From contig JAEZEJ010000065.1 in assembly GCA_023417775.1 (NCBI GenBank), positions 2,239 through 42,238 of the forward strand: DNA of 40,000 nucleotides, read 5' to 3'. The notes beneath the pieces are model-generated. The model worked only from the letters and a program-made list of their open reading frames with translations, was not told the origin of the DNA and did not search any database. Shown here piece by piece: positions 8,229 through 16,434 of the stretch. How positions within the stretch are numbered: the first letter of the stretch is position 1; each line of letters opens with the position of its first letter. The position numbers and the translations under genes were made by a program. This DNA is from Actinomycetes bacterium. Lineage in GTDB: Bacteria > Actinomycetota > Actinomycetes > Propionibacteriales > Nocardioidaceae.

Positions 8229-9368
8229 ATGACGCCCGATGCCCGTCTCATCGAGACGGTCCGCCGTCGGCTCGCCGAGACGGGGGAGGAGGCCACGGCG
8301 GCGACTGTGGCCGCGGCGGTCGCCGCCGAACACGGAGTGGTGGGCACGCACCAGCTCCTCGCGGTCGTCGATCTCCTGCGTGCTGAAGCATGGGGGGCAG
8401 GGCCCCTCGAGCCGTTGTTGCGGCTCGAGGGAGTGACCGATGTGCTGGTCAACGGGCCCGAGGGCGTCTATCTCGACCGGGGGCGGGGCCTGGAGCAGCA
8501 GGAGCTCGCCTTCGCGGATGATGCCGCGGTGCGAAGGCTGGCCCAGCGTCTCGCGGCCCATGCCGGCCGCCGACTCGATGAGGCGAGCCCGTGGGTCGAC
8601 GCACGCCTCCCGGATGGCACACGCGTGCACGCGGTGCTCGCCCCGCTGGCTCGCCCCGGCACCACCATCTCCCTCCGCGTTCCCGCGCGCCGGGCGTTCT
8701 CGCTCTCCGACCTCGTCCGCACCGGCGCGATCGACGGGGAGGGGGCGGCGCTGCTGCGTGCGCTGATCGCCGCCCGCGCGGCCTTCGTCGTGACCGGGGG
8801 CACCGGCTCGGGCAAGACCACGGTGCTGGCGGCGCTGCTCGGTGAGGTGCCCGATCGTGAACGGCTCGTCGTGGTGGAGGACGCGAGCGAGCTGCGACCG
8901 GATCATCCGCATGTCGTGGGGCTGGAGGCGCGTCCGCCCAATGTGGAGGGAGCGGGCGCGGTGTCGGTACGCGATCTGGTCCGCCAGGCACTGCGCATGC
9001 GGCCCGACCGACTGGTGGTCGGGGAGGTGCGTGGCGGCGAGGTGGTCGACCTGCTGGCCGCGCTCAACACCGGGCACGAGGGTGGCTGCGGCACCGTGCA
9101 TGCCAATGCTCCCTCGGTGGTGCCGGCGCGCTTCGAGGCGCTCGGGGTGGCCGCCGGCCTGGCACGCGACGCGGTCCACAGCCAGCTCGCGGCGGGTCTC
9201 GACGCGGTCATCCACGTGGGACGCACGGCCGGTCGACGGCATATCGCCGAGATCGCGGGCGTACGGCGATCCTCCGAGGGATGGGTGGAGGTGGTGACGG
9301 CCTGGTGCGCACGACGCGGACGGCTCGCCGACGGTGCCCAGATGCTCGATCGAGTGCTTGGCCGATGA
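8229..9368 (+). CDS. tadA: TadA/CpaF-type secretion ATPase
   Basis: Walker A GGTGSGKTT, Asp box VVVEDASEL, Walker B/His box RLVVGEVRGGE...LNTGHEGGCGTVHAN. Start chosen at ATG 8229 (MTPDARLIE); the track ORF begins earlier at 8010, inside ssd. Confidence 0.9.
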   Translation: MTPDARLIETVRRRLAETGEEATAATVAAAVAAEHGVVGTHQLLAVVDLLRAEAWGAGPLEPLLRLEGVTDVLVNGPEGVYLDRGRGLEQQELAFADDAAVRRLAQRLAAHAGRRLDEASPWVDARLPDGTRVHAVLAPLARPGTTISLRVPARRAFSLSDLVRTGAIDGEGAALLRALIAARAAFVVTGGTGSGKTTVLAALLGEVPDRERLVVVEDASELRPDHPHVVGLEARPPNVEGAGAVSVRDLVRQALRMRPDRLVVGEVRGGEVVDLLAALNTGHEGGCGTVHANAPSVVPARFEALGVAAGLARDAVHSQLAAGLDAVIHVGRTAGRRHIAEIAGVRRSSEGWVEVVTAWCARRGRLADGAQMLDRVLGR

Positions 9369-10147
9369 CCTTCCAGGTGCTGAGCGCGCTGTGCGCGGCC
9401 GGAGCGGTCTGGTGCCGATCATCGGCGGCTCGCGCGCGGGTCCTCGGCCCCCGGCGGCCCGCTGCGGGTGCCGTCCTGCTGTCGGCCGGAGTGCCTGCCG
9501 TCGTGGTGACGGCGATGATGCTGACACCGGCACTGGCGGTCCTGGGCGTCGGCCTCGGCGTGATCGTGGCGACGGTGGCGGTGCGGTGGCATCGCGGCCG
9601 GCGGCGGGCGCTGCGACAGCTGCGTGCGGGCCAGGTGACCGAGCTGATCCTCGTGCTGGCCGCATCCCTGCGCTCGGGACTTCCCGCTCCCGCCGCCCTG
9701 GGGCACGCGGCTCAGGACGAGCCGGTCGTCCGGTCCGCGGCGACCGCCGCCCGACGGGCCGGCGATGTCCCGCAGGCATTGCGCGCTGCCCACCGGGGTC
9801 CTGGCGACGACGGACTCGAAAGACTGGCGATCGCCTGGCAGGTCGCCGATCGCACGGGTGCACCCCTCGCCGATGTGCTCGATCGGCTGAGCGATGTCGA
9901 GCGGGAGGAGCGCGATCTTCGTCGTGAGGTCTCCGCCGGTATCGCCCCGGCTCGCGCGACGGCTGCGCTGATGGCCCTGTTGCCGGTCTTCGGATTGGTG
10001 ATCGGCTCCGGATTTGGCGGTGACCCTGCCTGGAAGGTGCTCACGGCTCATCCGATCGTGGCCCTCGCCGCGGCGTCCGGAGCGGGGTTGGCCTGCGCGG
10101 GGATGCTCTGGATCGATCGCATCGCCGATGCCGTGGAGGGCTCATGA
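9365..10147 (+). CDS. tadB: TadB-like inner-membrane platform protein (T2SS-F family)
   Basis: ATGA overlap with the tadA stop. 260 aa with hydrophobic N- and C-terminal helices flanking a soluble helical domain (RLAIAWQVADRTGAPLADVLDRL). Confidence 0.7.
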   Translation: MTFQVLSALCAAGAVWCRSSAARARVLGPRRPAAGAVLLSAGVPAVVVTAMMLTPALAVLGVGLGVIVATVAVRWHRGRRRALRQLRAGQVTELILVLAASLRSGLPAPAALGHAAQDEPVVRSAATAARRAGDVPQALRAAHRGPGDDGLERLAIAWQVADRTGAPLADVLDRLSDVEREERDLRREVSAGIAPARATAALMALLPVFGLVIGSGFGGDPAWKVLTAHPIVALAAASGAGLACAGMLWIDRIADAVEGS

Positions 10148-10833
10148 TCGCCGCGGCCCTCTGCGCGGCACTCGCGATGTGGTGTGCCGTATCGGCCCGG
10201 CCTCGTCACCGTGTGCGGGCCCACGAGCGACGACCCTCGGCCTTCCGTCCCGAGCAGGTGGTCTGGGGGATCTGCCCGCTGCTGGGGTTCCTGTTCGGAG
10301 GCCTCGTCGGTGCCGTGGTCGGCGCCGTCGTGGCCCCGCTGGCGGCCCGCTGGACCCGCGGATTGGAGCCGGCCGCCCGCCGCCGCCAACGGCTGAGGGT
10401 GGCCGAGCAGCTGCCGCTCGCGGTGGAACTGCTCGTCGCGTCGATGGATGCCGGCGTGCCGTTGCGCCGCGCCCTCGAGGCGGTGGCGGCTGCGGCGCCC
10501 GAGCCGCTCAGCGGGCAGCTCACCGCCGTCGTCCGCCGGCTGGCGGTCGCGGGTGACGACACGACGGTGTGGGCTGAACATCTGCACGGCCCGCTGGGGC
10601 CGCTCGCCCGGTCCCTGGTGCGGGCGGAACGGCACGGCATCCCGGCCGGTTCGGTGCTGCGGGACAGCGCTCGGGAGCTGCGCCGCGAACGGCAGGCCGA
10701 CCGCCGGGACGCGGCCCGGCGCGTGGCGGTCCGCACGGCCGCGCCGCTGGGCGCATGCTTCCTGCCGGCCTTCTTCCTGGTGGGCGTCGTCCCGATGCTG
10801 GCCGGTGCGCTGTTGTCGATCTCCTGGTGGTGA
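10144..10833 (+). CDS. tadC: TadC-like inner-membrane platform protein (T2SS-F family)
   Basis: ATGA overlap with tadB. 229 aa with the same architecture (LPLAVELLVASMDAGVPLRRALEAV...; C-terminal TM helices). Confidence 0.7.
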   Translation: MIAAALCAALAMWCAVSARPRHRVRAHERRPSAFRPEQVVWGICPLLGFLFGGLVGAVVGAVVAPLAARWTRGLEPAARRRQRLRVAEQLPLAVELLVASMDAGVPLRRALEAVAAAAPEPLSGQLTAVVRRLAVAGDDTTVWAEHLHGPLGPLARSLVRAERHGIPAGSVLRDSARELRRERQADRRDAARRVAVRTAAPLGACFLPAFFLVGVVPMLAGALLSISWW

Positions 10834-11002
10834 TCCGCCCGGGGGACGGGCTCGACGGCGGCCCGGGCGCCTCGGGGCGCGGGGTTATCCCCAGGGCGAG
10901 GGGTGGCTTCGCTCGTCCCCAGATCGGTATCGAGGGGACAGCACGGTGCTCGGCGGTCTCATCTTCCGGTGTCAGTTGTTCACGACCCATCGGAGGTTGA
11001 TC

Positions 11003-11179
11003 ATGTTCCGTCTTCGTCGCCGCGCCCAGGAGCGCGGCATGTCCACCGCGGAGTACACCGTGGGCACGCTCGGTGCCTGCACGATCGGAGGTGTTCTGGT
11101 GAAGGTCGGCCAGAGCGAATGGTTCGGCGATCTCGTCACCGGCCTGCTCGACAAGATCCCCAGCCTGCTCCCGTTCTGA
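11003..11179 (+). CDS. Flp-like prepilin (DUF4244-type), copy 1
   Basis: 58 aa. GGAGG 6 nt upstream of the ATG. Leader MFRLRRRAQERG followed by MSTAEYTVGTLGACTIGGVLV (Flp G/xxxxEY processing-type motif plus a hydrophobic helix). Confidence 0.7.
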   Translation: MFRLRRRAQERGMSTAEYTVGTLGACTIGGVLVKVGQSEWFGDLVTGLLDKIPSLLPF

Positions 11180-11186
11180 CCGGCAT

Positions 11187-11216
11187 GGACCGGCGGCGTC
11201 CCGGCGCCGCCGGTCC
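11187..11216 (+). terminator. Perfect 12-bp GC stem / 6-nt loop hairpin between the two Flp-like genes (attenuator/partial terminator candidate)
   Basis: GGACCGGCGGCG-tcccgg-CGCCGCCGGTCC read directly. Starts 8 nt after the copy-1 stop, and its 3' end abuts the GGAAGGAG RBS of copy 2. Confidence 0.55.
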
Positions 11217-11229
11217 GGAAGGAGTGACC

Positions 11230-11469
11230 ATGATGCACATTCACCGTCGCCGCGAGGACGAACGCGGCATGTCCACGGCGGAGTACTCCGTCGGTACCCT
11301 CGGAGCCGTCTCCATCGCGGGTCTGCTCATCGCCCCCAATCCGATCGGCGACTTCGTCTCCAAGGTCTTCCGCGAGGCTGCACGTCTGGTGGTCACCGGG
11401 GAGTTCGAGGATGTGCTGACGCTGCCCCGGTTGATCGCCCGCGCCGTCGGCAATCTGATCCCGTGGTGA
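11230..11469 (+). CDS. Flp-like prepilin (DUF4244-type), copy 2, with longer C-terminal extension
   Basis: 79 aa. GGAAGGAG upstream. Leader MMHIHRRREDERG followed by MSTAEYSVGTLGAVSIAGLLI, a near-identical core to copy 1. Confidence 0.65.
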   Translation: MMHIHRRREDERGMSTAEYSVGTLGAVSIAGLLIAPNPIGDFVSKVFREAARLVVTGEFEDVLTLPRLIARAVGNLIPW

Positions 11470-11801
11470 GGCGTGAACGCGGGATGGTCACGGCCGAGAC
11501 GATGATGGTGGCACCCTTCGTCGTGCTGGTGGCCGTCGCAGCCGTCTGGCTGGTCTCCCTCGGCGTCACCCACGCACGTGCGACCGATGCCGCACGTGAG
11601 GCCGCCCGGTCTCTCGCTCGCGGTGACGCCCCTGAGGTCGCGGAACGGCATGCCGTCGATGCGGCCGCCCGCGGCTCGCAGATCGAGATCGAGCGGCGCG
11701 ACGATGCCGTCGAGGTGGTCGTGCGCACCCCGGCCCGCCTGCCCCTGTTCGGGGGCGTCGGCACGACCGTCTCCGCGCGAGCGGTCGCGAGTCTCGAATG
11801 A
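11463..11801 (+). CDS. TadE-like minor pilin/pseudopilin
   Basis: 112 aa. GTG start overlapping the copy-2 stop. Leader VVRRERG then MVTAETMMVAPFVVLVAVAAVWLV. Confidence 0.65.
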   Translation: MVRRERGMVTAETMMVAPFVVLVAVAAVWLVSLGVTHARATDAAREAARSLARGDAPEVAERHAVDAAARGSQIEIERRDDAVEVVVRTPARLPLFGGVGTTVSARAVASLE

Positions 11802-12151
11802 GAGCGGAACGAGGCGCTGCCACCGTCTGGGCCGCGTTCATCGTGGCCGGGCTGCTGGTGCTCGGTCTGATCGGATTGCAGATCGCCCAGCTCGTGGGGC
11901 TGCGTCATCAGGCGAGCGCCGGTGCCGACCTGGCGGCACTCGCCGCCAGCCGGGCCAGCCTCGCGGGTCAGGCCGGCTGCGAGCGTGCCGATGCCGTCGC
12001 CCGTGACAACGGCACCCGCCTCGTGCGGTGCCGGATGGACGCCGATGTGGCCACCGTGACCGCGCGGGCCGAGAGTGCTCGCTGGTGGGGAGGGCGCTGG
12101 GCGGTGGAGCAGCGGGCGCGAGCAGCGCCGGTCAGCTATCTGCCGCCGTGA
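11798..12151 (+). CDS. TadE-like protein of the helicase/secretion-neighbourhood type (Rv3654c-like)
   Basis: 117 aa. ATGA overlap with the previous gene. MRAERG then AATVWAAFIVAGLLVLGLIGL. Two Cys residues in the C-terminal domain. Confidence 0.6.
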   Translation: MRAERGAATVWAAFIVAGLLVLGLIGLQIAQLVGLRHQASAGADLAALAASRASLAGQAGCERADAVARDNGTRLVRCRMDADVATVTARAESARWWGGRWAVEQRARAAPVSYLPP

Positions 12152-14480
12152 GCGGCGCGGCCGCGAGTTCCCCGAGGAGGGCATCGAGCAGTCTGATCGC
12201 CCCGGCCTTGTCGAGCGGGTGATTGCCATTGCCGCACTTGGGGGAGACCACGCAGGAGGGACACCCGTCACGGCACTCGCAGGAGCTGATGGCCTCGCGG
12301 GTCATGGTCAGCCAACTCTGCGCCGCGGCGTGTCCACGTTCGGCGAATCCCGCTCCACCGGAATGGCCGTCGTAGACGAAGACGGTGAGGGTCCCGGTCT
12401 GCGGATGCAGGGCCGTCGACAACCCGCCGAGGTCCCACCGGTCGCAGGTGGCCACCAGCGGCAGCAGGCCGATCGCCGCGTGCTCGGCCGCATGGGCTGC
12501 TCCCGGGATCTGCTCGGGCTCCAGTACCTCGGCGACCGTGGCCTCGTCGAGTGTCCACCAGACGGCGGTGGTGGCGAGTCGTCGCTCGGGCAGCTCGACG
12601 GGCTCCTCGCCCAGCACCCGCCCGCTCCGTCGGTCGCGAAGGGCATACGAGGTCACCTGATGGGTCACCTCGACATCGCCGAAGCTCAGGGTGGCCGCCC
12701 CAGAGCGCCGGGTCTGCCGCGAGCCCACGATGGTCACCGTCGTCGTCGCCTGGGCGGAGGTCGAATACGGCACGTCGCCGCGCCGCACGACGGCGATGCC
12801 GTGCTCGAGGTCGTACTCCTCGACGGTGAACATCTCCTGCTGATGCACGTACACCGCGCCCTCGTGGACCTCGCCGTCGGCCGCGGCCGCGTCCACCGTG
12901 CCGACGAGGCGGCCGGTATCGGCATCGACGATCTGCACGGGCGGGCCACCGGAGGATCGCAGATCCGCCAGATCGCTGGCCCGGTCGCGCGAGGTCCAGT
13001 ACCACCCGCTCGCGCGCCGGCGCAGCAGACCAGCGGCCTCCAGTGCGGTCACTCCTTCCTCGGCGCGAGGGCCGAAGAGGACGAAATCATCGGTCGTCAG
13101 AGGGATCTCCTGTGCCGCGGCGGCGAGATGCGGACCCAGCACATAGGGGTTGTCCGGGTCGAAGACGGTCGCCTCCACGGGAGCTCCGAGGACGGTCTCG
13201 GGATGATGCACCAGATAGGTGTCGATCGGCTCGTCGCGTGCCACCAGTACGCGCAGGCTGTGATCCGCGCCGCCACGGCCGGCGCGGCCGAACTGCTGCA
13301 ACAGGCCCGCTCGGGTGCCGGGGAAGCCGACCGTGACCACCGCGTCGAGTCCGGCGATATCGATGCCCATCTCCAGTGCGTTGGTGCTCGCCAAGGCGAG
13401 CAGCTGGCCGGAGCGCAGCTGCTCCTCCAACGCGCGCCGCTCCTCGGGCAGGTATCCGCCGCGATAGGTGGCCACTCGCTCGCGCAGCTCGGGAGCGACC
13501 TCGCTGAGACGATCCCGGGCGACGGATGTCACCTGCTCGGCCCCGCGCCGCGAGCGCACGAAGCACAGAGTCCGGGTCTCGTCGAGGGCCAGATCGGTGA
13601 CCAGCTCCGCTGCCTCCGTGGTCGCCGAGCGGCGGGCCGTCGCCGGAGCATCGGCGTTGCGGCCGGGGAGGAGCGGGGGCTCCCAGAAGACGGTGGTGCG
13701 GGAACCGTGGGGCGAGGCGTCCTCGGTGACGGCATCGAGGTCCAGCCCGATCAGTCGGCCGGCCGACTCGGCGGGATCGGCGACCGTCGCCGACGAGGCG
13801 ATGAACTGCGGCGAGGCGCCATAGCGCTCGCCCACCCGACGGAGCCGGCGCAGCACGTGGGCGACATGAGCACCGAAGACACCCCGGTAGTGGTGACATT
13901 CGTCGATGACGACATAGCTGAGCCCGGACCAGAAGCGCGACCACCGCTCATGCCCCGGCAGCAGCGTGTGATGCAGGGTGTCCGGATTGGTCAGGATGTA
14001 GGTCGCGTGATCGCGGGCCCAGGCCCGTTCCTCGCGCGAGTTGTCGCCATCGACCGTCGCCGCGCGCAGACCCGCGGCATCGTGAGGGAGGCGCCGCCAC
14101 TGATCCGCGGCGAGGGCCTTCGTCGGGGCGAGGTACAGGACGGTCGGCCGCTTGCCGCCGTCGAGGGCCCGGCCGGAGCGTCCCTGCGACAGCGCCTGTA
14201 GTGCCGGAGCCATGAAGACGAGGGACTTGCCTGAGGCCGTGCCCGTCGACACGACGACATGGCGGCCCTGTTCCAGCCGGCGCAGGGCCTCGGCCTGGTG
14301 GCCCCAGAGCACCTCGGCGCCCTGGGCGATGAAGTGCTCGCGCACCGAGGCATCGATCCATTCCGGCCAGGGTTCGACCACCGCCGGCCGGGCGGGCTCG
14401 TCCACCCGATGCAGGATGCGATCGGCGCGTCGCTCCAGGATCGACGGCGCCAGGTTCTCCACATCCCGAGTCTGACGCAT
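12132..14480 (-). CDS. DEAD/DEAH-box helicase with C-terminal DUF1998 Zn-cluster domain (MrfA/YprA-like; 'DECH' helicase of the secretion neighbourhood)
   Basis: Start at ATG (complement 14478-14480), giving 782 aa. Motif I STGTASGKSL, motif II DECH (VVIDECHHYRG), motif VI QQFGRAGRGG, C-terminal CECRDGCPSCVVSPKCGNGNHPLDK. The track ORF extends to 14924 through the divergent STAS gene. Confidence 0.9.
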   Translation of the reverse strand: MRQTRDVENLAPSILERRADRILHRVDEPARPAVVEPWPEWIDASVREHFIAQGAEVLWGHQAEALRRLEQGRHVVVSTGTASGKSLVFMAPALQALSQGRSGRALDGGKRPTVLYLAPTKALAADQWRRLPHDAAGLRAATVDGDNSREERAWARDHATYILTNPDTLHHTLLPGHERWSRFWSGLSYVVIDECHHYRGVFGAHVAHVLRRLRRVGERYGASPQFIASSATVADPAESAGRLIGLDLDAVTEDASPHGSRTTVFWEPPLLPGRNADAPATARRSATTEAAELVTDLALDETRTLCFVRSRRGAEQVTSVARDRLSEVAPELRERVATYRGGYLPEERRALEEQLRSGQLLALASTNALEMGIDIAGLDAVVTVGFPGTRAGLLQQFGRAGRGGADHSLRVLVARDEPIDTYLVHHPETVLGAPVEATVFDPDNPYVLGPHLAAAAQEIPLTTDDFVLFGPRAEEGVTALEAAGLLRRRASGWYWTSRDRASDLADLRSSGGPPVQIVDADTGRLVGTVDAAAADGEVHEGAVYVHQQEMFTVEEYDLEHGIAVVRRGDVPYSTSAQATTTVTIVGSRQTRRSGAATLSFGDVEVTHQVTSYALRDRRSGRVLGEEPVELPERRLATTAVWWTLDEATVAEVLEPEQIPGAAHAAEHAAIGLLPLVATCDRWDLGGLSTALHPQTGTLTVFVYDGHSGGAGFAERGHAAAQSWLTMTREAISSCECRDGCPSCVVSPKCGNGNHPLDKAGAIRLLDALLGELAAAPLTAADS

Positions 14481-14594
14481 CGTCGGTGACCGGCCGCACG
14501 CAGCGGTGTGATGCGCTTCGAGGGACGATCTGGGTGCGGCTGTCGGCGGCACATGATTGAATGGCCATCGATTCCGCGTCGGAGAAGGGATGAC

Positions 14595-14939
14595 ATGGAG
14601 CTGACGCTCACCGAACGCCCCGCACCGCCTCACCACATCATCGCGGTGGAGGGGGAGATCGACGTCTACACGGCGCCCAAGTTCCGGGAGGCCGTCGTCG
14701 CGGCGATCGATGCGGGCCATACCCGCCTCGTCATCGACATCGAGAATGTCGCCTTCCTCGACTCCACCGGTCTGGGTGTCCTCGTCGGGGCGCTCAAGCG
14801 GGTCCGCGCCGAGGACGGTTCGCTGGACATCATCTGCACCAGCGATCGTCTGCTGCGGATCTTCAGCATCACCGGTCTGGACAAGGTCTTCGGACTGCAC
14901 GAGTCCTACGAGGCGCTCGCCCAAGCCGACTCCGCGTGA
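14595..14939 (+). CDS. STAS-domain anti-sigma-factor antagonist (BldG/RsbV-like)
   Basis: 114 aa. GGAGAAGGG RBS. GEIDVYTAPKFRE...FLDSTGLGVLVGA, with the conserved phosphorylatable Ser in DSTG. Confidence 0.85.
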   Translation: MELTLTERPAPPHHIIAVEGEIDVYTAPKFREAVVAAIDAGHTRLVIDIENVAFLDSTGLGVLVGALKRVRAEDGSLDIICTSDRLLRIFSITGLDKVFGLHESYEALAQADSA

Positions 14940-16420
14940 GTTTCGCCGGCGATGCCCTGAGCGACGCGCAGCTCGCTGCGCTGCGCGATCGGCTGGCCGG
15001 ATTCACGGTCGACGCCGTCCACGGAGTGCTCGGCGATGACGCCTGGTACGCCCTCGCCCGCGGTGAGACCACCCCGGGCCTTCTCGCCACCGCCGATGGA
15101 GGACCCCTCGCCACGCTGATCCGGCTGTTCCAGCTGCAGACCCTCGTCGGACGCTCAGCCGCCGAGGCCGTCTTCGGCGAGCTGCTCGGCCCGTTGACCT
15201 CCGCCGGGGTGATCAGCTGCTCCGCAGACGAGGTGCGGGCCGCCGTCGACATCCGGCCCTATGGCGACGAGGAGCACGACTGGTGGGTCGTCTGCGATCT
15301 CACTCCCGGCCTCGACGGACGGCCCGCTCCGATGGACCCGGCCTATGTCCTCGGCATCAGCGAGGCCTCCTCGTCCTTGGCACAGTTGACCAGTCGACGT
15401 GACGTCGGCCGGGCTCTCGACCTCGGGACCGGCTGCGGGGTGCAATCCCTGCATCTGGCGACACATGCCGCCGAGGTGGTGGCGACGGACGTGAACCCCC
15501 GGGCGCTCGCGATGGCACGGCTCACCGCACGCCTGAACGAGGTCGACATCGACGTCCGCGAGGGCAGCCTCTTCGAGCCGGTCGCCGGAGAGCGGTTCGA
15601 TCTCATCACGACCAACCCGCCCTTCGTCGTCTCGCCTCCCGATGGCGAACGGCTGGTGTACCGAGAGACCGATTTCCCTGGCGACGAGGTCGTCCGGAGG
15701 GTCGTCCAGGGGGCATCCGATCATCTCCGCGAGGGCGGATGGTGCCACATCCTCGCGGCCTGGATCCATGCCGAGGGCGAGCCGTGGCAGGAACGCCTGG
15801 CGGGCTGGATCGAGCCGACCGGTCTCGATGCCTGGGTGGTGCAGCGCGAGCGTGCCGATCTGGCCACCTATGCCGAGATGTGGCTCGCCGACGGCGGTCA
15901 CAAGGGGGCTCCGGACTATGTGGAGCGGTACGAGCGCTGGCTGCACTGGTTCGCCGAACAGCGGATCGAGGCCATGGGCTTCGGCTGGATCTCCCTGCGG
16001 AAGGCCGAGCGCGATGTCCCGGCGGTCCGGATCGAGGAGTGGGCCGGGGACGTCGGTCAGCCGATGGGTCCTGCCGCGCTGGCCTGGGCCGAGCGCGTGG
16101 ATGCCTTGGAGGCCAGCGAGGACGTCTTGGACGTCGCCTGGCAGCTGGCACCCGATGCCACCCAGATCACCTACGGCGGGGTCGGGGCCGAGGACCCGGC
16201 GGCCATCACGGTCCAGCTGGAGCAGGGACCCCGGCGTTCCGCGCGACTGGACACGATCGAGACGGGGTTGCTGAGCGCGAGCGACGGCGAGCTGACGGCA
16301 GGCCAGATCCTGGACGCCCTCGCCACCCTGCTCGGTCAGGATCGCGCCGACCTGCGCGCCAGCTATGCACCCGTCGTCCGCGAGCTCATCGCCGACGGCT
16401 TCCTCTATCCCGTCCGCTGA
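14936..16420 (+). CDS. Class-I SAM-dependent methyltransferase with large N- and C-terminal extra domains (NPPF-motif type)
   Basis: 494 aa. GTGA overlap with the STAS stop. Motif I ALDLGTGCGVQS and motif IV ITTNPPF. Confidence 0.8.
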   Translation: MSFAGDALSDAQLAALRDRLAGFTVDAVHGVLGDDAWYALARGETTPGLLATADGGPLATLIRLFQLQTLVGRSAAEAVFGELLGPLTSAGVISCSADEVRAAVDIRPYGDEEHDWWVVCDLTPGLDGRPAPMDPAYVLGISEASSSLAQLTSRRDVGRALDLGTGCGVQSLHLATHAAEVVATDVNPRALAMARLTARLNEVDIDVREGSLFEPVAGERFDLITTNPPFVVSPPDGERLVYRETDFPGDEVVRRVVQGASDHLREGGWCHILAAWIHAEGEPWQERLAGWIEPTGLDAWVVQRERADLATYAEMWLADGGHKGAPDYVERYERWLHWFAEQRIEAMGFGWISLRKAERDVPAVRIEEWAGDVGQPMGPAALAWAERVDALEASEDVLDVAWQLAPDATQITYGGVGAEDPAAITVQLEQGPRRSARLDTIETGLLSASDGELTAGQILDALATLLGQDRADLRASYAPVVRELIADGFLYPVR

Positions 16421-16434
16421 CGGCGGGGTCGCGC

